Shown here piece by piece: positions 8,034 through 13,254 of a stretch of DNA of 13,254 nt. The translations under genes were made by a program, and so were the position numbers. The first letter of the stretch is position 1. Each line of letters opens with the position of its first letter. The notes under the pieces were generated by a model that ran no database searches, was not told the DNA's origin, and saw only the letters and a list, made by a program, of their open reading frames with translations. This DNA is from an uncultured Muribaculaceae bacterium (GTDB lineage Bacteria; Bacillota_I; Bacilli_A; RF39; UBA660), in contig CAYFQA010000013.1 in NCBI GenBank assembly GCA_964345145.1, forward strand, positions 1 to 13,254, read 5' to 3'.

Positions 8034-9811
8034 TATTTTAAAGTTGCTCTAAGTCTTCTTATTCCTGAACCTGAGCTTTCTTCTTTCTCAATTTTAAAAG
8101 TACCTAATTCACTAGTATTTTTAACATGAGGTCCACCACAAATTTCAGTAGAAATACCTTCAATTGTATAAACCTTTACTTTTTCTTGATAACGATCTTT
8201 AAATACACCCTCTGCTCCTAAAGCATCTGCTTCTTCAACTGTCATAATTTCAAATGTAACAGGAGCATTACTTTGTATCTTTTTATTAACTAATTCTGTT
8301 AAATGTTCTTTTTCTTCATCTGTCATTTTGTGATCTAAATTAAAGTCAAATCTCAATCTTTCGCTTGTAATATTACTTCCTTTTTGTTGAACTTGATCAC
8401 CAAACATTTCTTTTAATGAAGCTAGAACAATATGTGTTAAAGTATGATATTTAGTAGTTTCATAACTATCATCTGCTAACCCACCTTTAAAGCTTCCAGC
8501 ATCAGTTGTTTTAGATTTTTCTTGATGGATTTTAAACGCTTCATGAAAACCCTTTTCATCAACAATTATGTTATTTTCTTTAGCAAGTTCAATTGTCATT
8601 TCCAATGGAAAGCCAAATGTATCAAATAATTTAAATGCTTCATTACCAGGTAAAATATTACCACCTATTTTTTTAATTACACGATAAAATAATTTTTCTC
8701 CTGATTTTAAAGTTTTATTGAAATTAGTTTCTTCTTTTTCTAATTGTTCAAATATAAATTCTTTATTTCTTTCTAATTCTGGATATACATCTTTATAATC
8801 CTCAATTATTACTTTAGCTAAAGTTGGTAAAACATGTTCTTCAACATTTAATTTCTTTAAATGTCTAATTACTCTTCTTATTAATCTTCTTAAAACATAT
8901 CCTTGACCAATATTTGATGGAGTTAAGCCAATATCATCACCTAAAATAAAAGTTGCTGCTCGCATATGATCTAAAATAACACGGAAACTTATTAAATTAT
9001 CTTCATATTTTAAATTAGATATATTCTCTAATTCATAACGACAATTAATAAATAAATCTGTATCATAAACTGAATCTAAACCATTTAAAACTTGAACAGT
9101 TCTTTCTAGTCCCATTCCTGTGTCAACATTTTGTTGATTTAAAGTTGTATAATTTCCTTTCCCATCAGCATAATATTGCATAAATACATCATTCCATATT
9201 TCTAAATATTTACCACAATTACAAGCTGGATTACATTTATCACTACATTTATCTTTTCCAGTATCATAAAACATTTCTGTATCTGGTCCACAAGGTCCTA
9301 TTCCTGAACCCAAAATCCAAAAGTTTTCTTTTTTACCAAAGTAAAATAAATGATCATATTCAATTCCTATACTTTTCCAAATATTATATGTTTCTTCATC
9401 TTTAGGAATTCCATCTTCACCACCAAAGACCGTAAAATATAATTTTTCTTTAGGAATATTTAAATATTCAGGACTTGTTAAAAATTCATAACTCATCTTA
9501 ATTGCTTCTTCTTTAAAATAATCACCTAAACTCCAATTACCTAACATTTCAAAAAAAGTTAAATGAGAAGCATCTCCTACTTCATCAATATCACCTGTAC
9601 GAATACATTTTTGAACATTAACTAATCTTTTACCACCAGAATGTTCTTCACCTAATAAATAAGGAACTAAAGGATGCATTCCAGCTGTAGTAAATAAAAC
9701 TGTTGGATCATTTTCAGGAATTAATGATGATCCTGCTATCAATGTATGTTCATGTTTTTTAAAAAAATCAAAATATAATTTTCTTAATTCTCTACTTGTC
9801 AATTTTTTCAT
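8033..9811 (-). CDS. alaS: Alanine--tRNA ligase, minimal form (592 aa: catalytic + tRNA-recognition + editing domains, no C-Ala domain)
   Basis: N-terminal class-II AlaRS motifs: ENDPTVLFTTAGMHPLVPYLLG, VQKCIRTGDIDEVG, HLTFFEMLGNWSLGDYFK (cf. E. coli NDPTLLFTNAGMNQFK / HHTFFEMLGNFSFGDYFK). Editing-domain zinc motifs HTLTHIVLASL (HxxxH) and CGGPHV (CxxxH). The protein ends 30 aa after the CxxxH, whereas the canonical bacterial enzyme is about 870 aa. Start ATG 9811 overlaps the stop of the upstream kinase gene (ATGA). Confidence 0.9.
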   Translation of the reverse strand: MKKLTSRELRKLYFDFFKKHEHTLIAGSSLIPENDPTVLFTTAGMHPLVPYLLGEEHSGGKRLVNVQKCIRTGDIDEVGDASHLTFFEMLGNWSLGDYFKEEAIKMSYEFLTSPEYLNIPKEKLYFTVFGGEDGIPKDEETYNIWKSIGIEYDHLFYFGKKENFWILGSGIGPCGPDTEMFYDTGKDKCSDKCNPACNCGKYLEIWNDVFMQYYADGKGNYTTLNQQNVDTGMGLERTVQVLNGLDSVYDTDLFINCRYELENISNLKYEDNLISFRVILDHMRAATFILGDDIGLTPSNIGQGYVLRRLIRRVIRHLKKLNVEEHVLPTLAKVIIEDYKDVYPELERNKEFIFEQLEKEETNFNKTLKSGEKLFYRVIKKIGGNILPGNEAFKLFDTFGFPLEMTIELAKENNIIVDEKGFHEAFKIHQEKSKTTDAGSFKGGLADDSYETTKYHTLTHIVLASLKEMFGDQVQQKGSNITSERLRFDFNLDHKMTDEEKEHLTELVNKKIQSNAPVTFEIMTVEEADALGAEGVFKDRYQEKVKVYTIEGISTEICGGPHVKNTSELGTFKIEKEESSGSGIRRLRATLK

Positions 9812-10350
9812 TTTATCAATCTTTCTATTAATTCATTAACATCTATTTTTAATTTATCTAAAGTTGTATTAATTATTATATGGTCATATTCTCCTTCATC
9901 ACTTAAAGCAACTTCTGTTTCATGAGCTCGTTGTTTAGTATTTAACTCACTTTCAAAATCAGGTCTAATTACTCTTAAAGAATAAACGTTTTCAAATCTT
10001 TCTTTAATATAATCTATCTCAATTGGAAATCTAACATCAGATATAACAACTGCATCAACATAATTTTCATAAACTTTAATATCTTCAGCCATTCTTTTAA
10101 CAAAAAAATCAGGTTGATTCATTTTTTGTCTTATTACTTGGGTACCTATTTCTTGTAAAAAGCTACGAATTTCACTTTTTCTTTCTTCTGTTCCGTCCCA
10201 ATCGGTTAATTCTCTAGCGAACATTTTTATATATTTAGAATATTCTGTTTCAACTGCTTTTTTACCAATACTTTCATAATAATCTATTATATAGTTAGCA
10301 ATTGTTCCTTTTCCATTTCTAGCTTTTCCACTTATTAAATAAATTTCCAT
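9808..10350 (-). CDS. P-loop nucleotide kinase resembling phage T4 gene 1 deoxynucleoside-monophosphate kinase (dNMP kinase family)
   Basis: N-terminus MEIYLISGKARNGKGTIANYI carries the unusual P-loop G-x4-GK-x-T, matching T4 dNMP kinase MKLIFLSGVKRSGKDTTADFI as I recall it from memory. Further similarity: IRSFLQEIGTQVIRQKM...FFVKRM vs VRRLMQALGTDLIVNNF..YWVKLF, and ISDVRFPIEIDYI vs VPDTRQDHEMDAA. The T4 residues are recalled from memory, not checked. RBS AAGGTGA with a short 3-nt spacer. TGA stop overlaps the alaS ATG. Confidence 0.65.
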   Translation of the reverse strand: MEIYLISGKARNGKGTIANYIIDYYESIGKKAVETEYSKYIKMFARELTDWDGTEERKSEIRSFLQEIGTQVIRQKMNQPDFFVKRMAEDIKVYENYVDAVVISDVRFPIEIDYIKERFENVYSLRVIRPDFESELNTKQRAHETEVALSDEGEYDHIIINTTLDKLKIDVNELIERLIK

Positions 10351-10398
10351 TTTTTCACCTTTTTCACTTAATTAATCATATCATATATATACTTTTAA

Positions 10399-10427
10399 TG
10401 GCAATTATTAAATAGTTTTTGTATAAT
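10399..10427 (+). promoter_or_regulatory. Putative promoter for the Y-family polymerase gene (TTTTGTATAAT, extended -10-like)
   Basis: TATAAT at 10422-10427 with TG immediately upstream. Poor -35 (TGGCAA). About 28 nt upstream of the GGGTGA RBS. Between the -10 and the RBS lies AAACAAATATTC, a 2-mismatch relative of the Firmicute LexA box GAAC-N4-GTTC (see findings). Confidence 0.3.
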
Positions 10428-10455
10428 AAATACAAACAAATATTCGGGTGATAGT

Positions 10456-11721
10456 ATGAACGAATTATATCAAAAAAGAAATATATTATGTATTGATTTA
10501 AAAAGCTTTTTTGCAGCTTGTGAATGCGTCGATCGTGGTCTTGATATGTATAATTATCCTTTAGTAGTCGCGGATGCATCTCGCGGTAATGGGGCAATTA
10601 CATTAGCTGTATCTCCATATTTAAGAAATAAAGGTATTAAATCTAGATCTCGTCTTTATGAAATACCTAAATATATTAAATATGAAGCAGTTAAACCAAG
10701 AATGAATTTATATATTAAAAAAAGTAAAGAGGTAACAAATGTTTATTTAAAATATGTCAGTGAGAAAGATTTATTTAATTATTCTATTGACGAAGTTTTT
10801 ATCGATATAACAAATTATTTAAATTTATATAAAAAAGATGATTATGAAATTGCATTAGACATATTAAAAAGTATTAAAAAAGAAACTGGCTTAATTGCAA
10901 CATGTGGGATTGGTCCTAATATATTTTTAGCAAAAGTAGCAATGGATATAGAAGCTAAACATAATAAAGATAATATTGCTAAATGGACATACGATGATGT
11001 TAAAACAAAATTATGGAATTTATCTCCTCCTTCTAAAGTTTGGGGGATTGGTAGTAACCTAAATGAAAAATTAAAATTATTGGGTATTCATAACATTAAA
11101 GATTTAGCTAATTATAATAAAAATGCTTTAGTAAAAAAATTAGGTGTTTATGGAGAAGAACTTTGGTATCGAGCTAACGGAATAGATTATACTAAATTAA
11201 GTGATTTAAAATCTGATCCGAAAGAACAATCTTTTAGTCATTCTCAAGTATTGTTTAAAGATTACTATGGTTATAATATTCCAATAATTATTGAAGAAAT
11301 GATTGAAGTTTTAACAAGTCGCTTACGAGCTGAAAAAAAAGTATGTGGTTTAGTTAGTTTTGGTTTGAAATATTCTAAGACCGAAGGCGGAGGCTTTTAT
11401 CATAGTCAAAAACTGCCTATTTTAACTGATGATAAAAAAGTTATATTCGAACAATGTAGTTTATTTTTAAATCGTTATTATAATGAAGAACCAATAAGAC
11501 AAGTAAATATATCTTTAAGTAAATTAGAAAATAAAGACTATTTACAATTAAATTTATTTGAAAAACATGATGAATTAATTAAAAAGGAAAGTAAAGATAA
11601 AACTGTTGATGAAATAAGAAAAAAATACGGGAAAAATAGTCTTATTAAAGCATCTAATCTTTTAGATGATTCAACAGCAATTACAAGAAACAAAAAAATT
11701 AAAGGTCATTATTCTGAATAA
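10456..11721 (+). CDS. Y-family (DinB/UmuC/UvrX-type) translesion DNA polymerase
   Basis: N-terminal ILCIDLKSFFAACE (cf. DinB ILHVDMDCFFAAVE), SIDEVFIDIT (catalytic SIDEAFLD), CGIGPNIFLAKVAMDIEAK (GIAPNKFLAKIAS) and C-terminal QLNLF (little-finger end motif). RBS GGGTGA 4 nt before ATG 10456. Confidence 0.9.
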   Translation: MNELYQKRNILCIDLKSFFAACECVDRGLDMYNYPLVVADASRGNGAITLAVSPYLRNKGIKSRSRLYEIPKYIKYEAVKPRMNLYIKKSKEVTNVYLKYVSEKDLFNYSIDEVFIDITNYLNLYKKDDYEIALDILKSIKKETGLIATCGIGPNIFLAKVAMDIEAKHNKDNIAKWTYDDVKTKLWNLSPPSKVWGIGSNLNEKLKLLGIHNIKDLANYNKNALVKKLGVYGEELWYRANGIDYTKLSDLKSDPKEQSFSHSQVLFKDYYGYNIPIIIEEMIEVLTSRLRAEKKVCGLVSFGLKYSKTEGGGFYHSQKLPILTDDKKVIFEQCSLFLNRYYNEEPIRQVNISLSKLENKDYLQLNLFEKHDELIKKESKDKTVDEIRKKYGKNSLIKASNLLDDSTAITRNKKIKGHYSE

Positions 11722-11734
11722 TTTAATTTTAAGC

Positions 11735-11763
11735 TTGATTAGAGACAAAATTTATGATAGTAT
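11735..11763 (+). promoter_or_regulatory. Putative promoter for tRNA-Ala (TTGATT -17- TAGTAT)
   Basis: -35 TTGATT (11735-11740), 17-nt spacer, -10 TAGTAT (11758-11763). The mature tRNA 5' end lies 12 nt downstream. Confidence 0.4.
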
Positions 11764-11775
11764 TATATTTGTCTT

Positions 11776-11852
11776 GGGGAATTAGCTCAGTTGGCTAGAG
11801 CGCCTGCCTTGCAAGCAGGAGGCCGAGGGTTCAAGTCCCTCATTCTCCACCA
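11776..11852 (+). tRNA. tRNA-Ala (anticodon UGC), 77 nt with genomically encoded CCA
   Basis: Folded by hand. Acceptor stem GGGGAAT/ATTCTCC with the Ala identity pair G3:U70, discriminator A73 and CCA. D arm GCTC-AGTTGGCTA-GAGC. Anticodon stem CCTGC/GCAGG with loop CUUGCAA (U33, anticodon UGC, A37). Variable loop AGGCC. T arm GAGGG-TTCAAGT-CCCTC. Confidence 0.95.
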
Positions 11853-11861
11853 AGAGTAAAT

Positions 11862-11890
11862 AAACCTTTATTGTATAAGGTTTTTTTTAT
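11862..11890 (+). terminator. Rho-independent terminator after tRNA-Ala
   Basis: AAACCTTTA (11862-11870) pairs with TATAAGGTTT (11875-11883): a 9-bp stem with a TTGT loop, followed by TTTTTTTTATTTT. Confidence 0.75.
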
Positions 11891-11896
11891 TTTACC

Positions 11897-11925
11897 TTGT
11901 AAAAACAATAATTTTAAGCTATTAT
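11897..11925 (+). promoter_or_regulatory. Putative promoter for the 164-aa orphan gene (TTGTAA -17- TATTAT)
   Basis: -35 TTGTAA 11897-11902, 17-nt spacer, -10 TATTAT 11920-11925, then a GAGG RBS at 11938-11941 and ATG at 11950. Confidence 0.4.
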
Positions 11926-11949
11926 GAAATTAAGAGACGAGGTTATTTT

Positions 11950-12444
11950 ATGAAAAAAACTTTTTTAGAACAATTAATGGAAGAAAGGTATATTGCTAGA
12001 CAAAGAGAATTAGAAAGACAACAATTATTACAGTCTCAAATATCTGATATTGAATATGAAACAAACTTAATATTTGAATGTATTTGTTCAAATATAAAAA
12101 AATTTTTTACTAATAATCTAGACTATTATACATCAAGTTTAGATTGTTTTTTTTACCATTATACACCTTTATTAATTGATTATAATGGTACAATTCGTTT
12201 AACATATAAAATTATAACTGTGAAAGATAATTTTGATTCAAGAGATATTAATATTTCAGAAATTAATCAATATCGTTTCTATTTACCAATGTTAATCCAA
12301 TTATTTAAAGATAATGGTATTTTAGTTAATATTAGCGATGTCCCTGAAAATAGTAATGTGAAAAAGATTCAAATAACTACTATTTTAAATAAACATGATC
12401 TTGAAAATCAACCTTTAACATTGAAACCAAACAATCAAAAATAA
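11950..12444 (+). CDS. Hypothetical protein, 164 aa, no recognisable domain (orphan)
   Basis: Complete ORF with a GAGGT RBS 8 nt upstream, its own promoter-like elements and a downstream bidirectional terminator. No TM segments or signal peptide. N-terminal charged, helical-looking segment (ERYIARQRELERQQLLQSQ). I recognise no family motif. Confidence 0.55.
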   Translation: MKKTFLEQLMEERYIARQRELERQQLLQSQISDIEYETNLIFECICSNIKKFFTNNLDYYTSSLDCFFYHYTPLLIDYNGTIRLTYKIITVKDNFDSRDINISEINQYRFYLPMLIQLFKDNGILVNISDVPENSNVKKIQITTILNKHDLENQPLTLKPNNQK

Positions 12445-12470
12445 AAACTGCTTAACTGCAGTTTTTTATT
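12443..12470. terminator. Bidirectional rho-independent terminator between convergent genes
   Basis: AAACTGC (12445-12451) pairs with GCAGTTT (12458-12464) around a TTAACT loop. It is flanked by a T-run on the + strand (12461-12467) and by TTTATTTTT on the - strand (revcomp of 12436-12444). The stop codons of both convergent genes abut the hairpin. Confidence 0.7.
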
Positions 12471-13227
12471 CTTTTTTATTGCCTAAATTACTAATTCCTT
12501 TAAATGCCTCTAGTACTTCCAAAGGCATTGCAAATAAAATAGTATTAGATTGATCAGCACTTACATCATTAATAGTCTCTAAAGTTCTTAAATGAAGTGC
12601 TCCTGGTGCTTCAGATAAAACTTTTGCCGCAGAGGCTAAATTTACCGCAGCTTCAGCTTCACCTTCAGATTTTTTAATAACAGCCAATTTTTCTCTTTCC
12701 GCTTCGGCAACACGTGCGATTACTCTTTTCATTTCTTCTGGTAAAGAAATATCTTTTAGTTCAACGTCATCTACTTTAACACCCCATGGATCTGTAGCTT
12801 CATCAACTATTTTTTGAATTTCATTAGAAATTGTTTCTCTACCACTTAATAATTGATCTAAAGTAACTGTTCCAACAATATTTCTCATTGTTGTCTGAGC
12901 AATTTGACCAACAGCATAAAAATAATTTTCTATTTCTAAAATAGCTTTTGCTGCATCAAATAATTTAAAATAAACTACTGCATTAATACGAACAGAAATA
13001 TTATCCTTAGTAATTACTTCTTGTTCAGGAACATCAATTACCTTAGTACGAATATCAACCTTTTTATAGCTTTGAAAAATAGGTAATACTAAATGCCATC
13101 CTGGCAACATAATCGAACTATACTTTCCTCTTAAAAATTTAACTCCTCTTTCATACTCATCAATTTGTTTAATTGATGTCAATAAAATTATAATAACAAT
13201 TATAACTAGTACTGGTATTCCTTCCAT
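12466..13227 (-). CDS. SPFH/band-7 (stomatin/prohibitin-like, QmcA/YqiK-type) membrane protein
   Basis: N-terminal TM helix IPVLVIIVIIILLTSI followed by a canonical SPFH core (ERGVKFLRGKY, LPGWHLVLPIF, KVDIRTKVIDVPEQEVITKDNISVRINAVVYFKL, MRNIVGTVTLDQLLSGRE) and an A/E-rich C-terminal coiled coil. Strong AGGAGG RBS 5 nt before ATG 13227. Confidence 0.9.
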   Translation of the reverse strand: MEGIPVLVIIVIIILLTSIKQIDEYERGVKFLRGKYSSIMLPGWHLVLPIFQSYKKVDIRTKVIDVPEQEVITKDNISVRINAVVYFKLFDAAKAILEIENYFYAVGQIAQTTMRNIVGTVTLDQLLSGRETISNEIQKIVDEATDPWGVKVDDVELKDISLPEEMKRVIARVAEAEREKLAVIKKSEGEAEAAVNLASAAKVLSEAPGALHLRTLETINDVSADQSNTILFAMPLEVLEAFKGISNLGNKKE

Positions 13228-13254
13228 AATATCCTCCTGTATATTTATTCTAAC

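Noticed and set aside
10351-10455. T-box riboswitch leader upstream of the kinase-alaS operon
   Set aside because: The whole divergent intergenic region is about 105 nt, far too short for a T-box leader of about 250-300 nt. I could not find an AGAGA/T-box consensus or a specifier hairpin.
10376-10597. 73-aa minus-strand ORF in the ORF track
   Set aside because: It lies mostly antisense to the 5' end of the well-supported Y-family polymerase gene and spans the divergent promoter region. It has no RBS, and its low-complexity translation (YIIYFFFDIIRSYY) is typical of antisense AT-rich noise.
11929-11958. Tiny ORF ATGAAATTAAGAGACGAGGTTATTTTATGA (MKLRDEVIL) overlapping the RBS of the 164-aa gene, as a possible leader peptide
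   Set aside because: It has no RBS of its own. Its sequence is simply the -10/RBS region of the downstream gene, and nine codons with no attenuator structure is not convincing.
1-13254. Possibility that the organism uses translation table 4 (TGA=Trp), suggested by the very low GC and mollicute-like gene content
   Set aside because: Long ORFs (1021, 592, 421 and 352 aa) are intact under the standard code, and every Trp codon I inspected is TGG. TGA terminates the dNMP-kinase-like gene. The single in-frame TGA at 7649-7651 is therefore an anomaly, not evidence for code 4.
1-13254. CRISPR arrays, IS elements, transposase or integrase genes, rRNA
   Set aside because: No regularly spaced direct repeats, no terminal inverted repeats flanking a transposase-like ORF, and no recombinase motifs in any frame. 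The only RNA gene I can support is tRNA-Ala.

Overview
The window is AT-rich, low-GC bacterial chromosomal DNA that uses the standard genetic code: every Trp I checked is TGG and TGA ends genes. Asn/Lys/Ile-rich proteins and a giant coiled-coil FtsX permease suggest a Mollicutes-related, code-11 Firmicute lineage (Acholeplasma/Erysipelotrichia-like), which is inference only. Left to right: (1) A minus-strand operon of an RlmM-like 23S rRNA 2'-O-methyltransferase, a decayed CYTH-domain gene remnant, and an ABC-F ATPase whose C-terminus runs off the window start. (2) A divergent APH/choline-kinase-family phosphotransferase. (3) A YbbA/YbbP-type (MacB-type) ABC ATPase plus a 1021-aa tandem-FtsX permease with a roughly 230-aa coiled-coil insert, closed by a strong hairpin terminator. 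(4) A minus-strand hypothetical gene split by a single in-frame TGA. (5) A minus-strand operon of a phage-T4-gp1-like dNMP kinase translationally coupled (ATGA overlap) to a minimal 592-aa alanyl-tRNA synthetase that lacks the C-Ala domain. (6) A divergent Y-family DNA polymerase followed by tRNA-Ala(UGC) with encoded CCA and a terminator. (7) An orphan 164-aa protein. (8) A convergent SPFH/stomatin-family membrane protein. I saw no CRISPR array, IS element or rRNA. The points most worth a second look are the kinase/mini-AlaRS/tRNA-Ala/PolY cluster, the two decaying genes (an A6 frameshift and an in-frame TGA), and the rRNA methyltransferase/ABC-F/APH/exporter neighbourhood.
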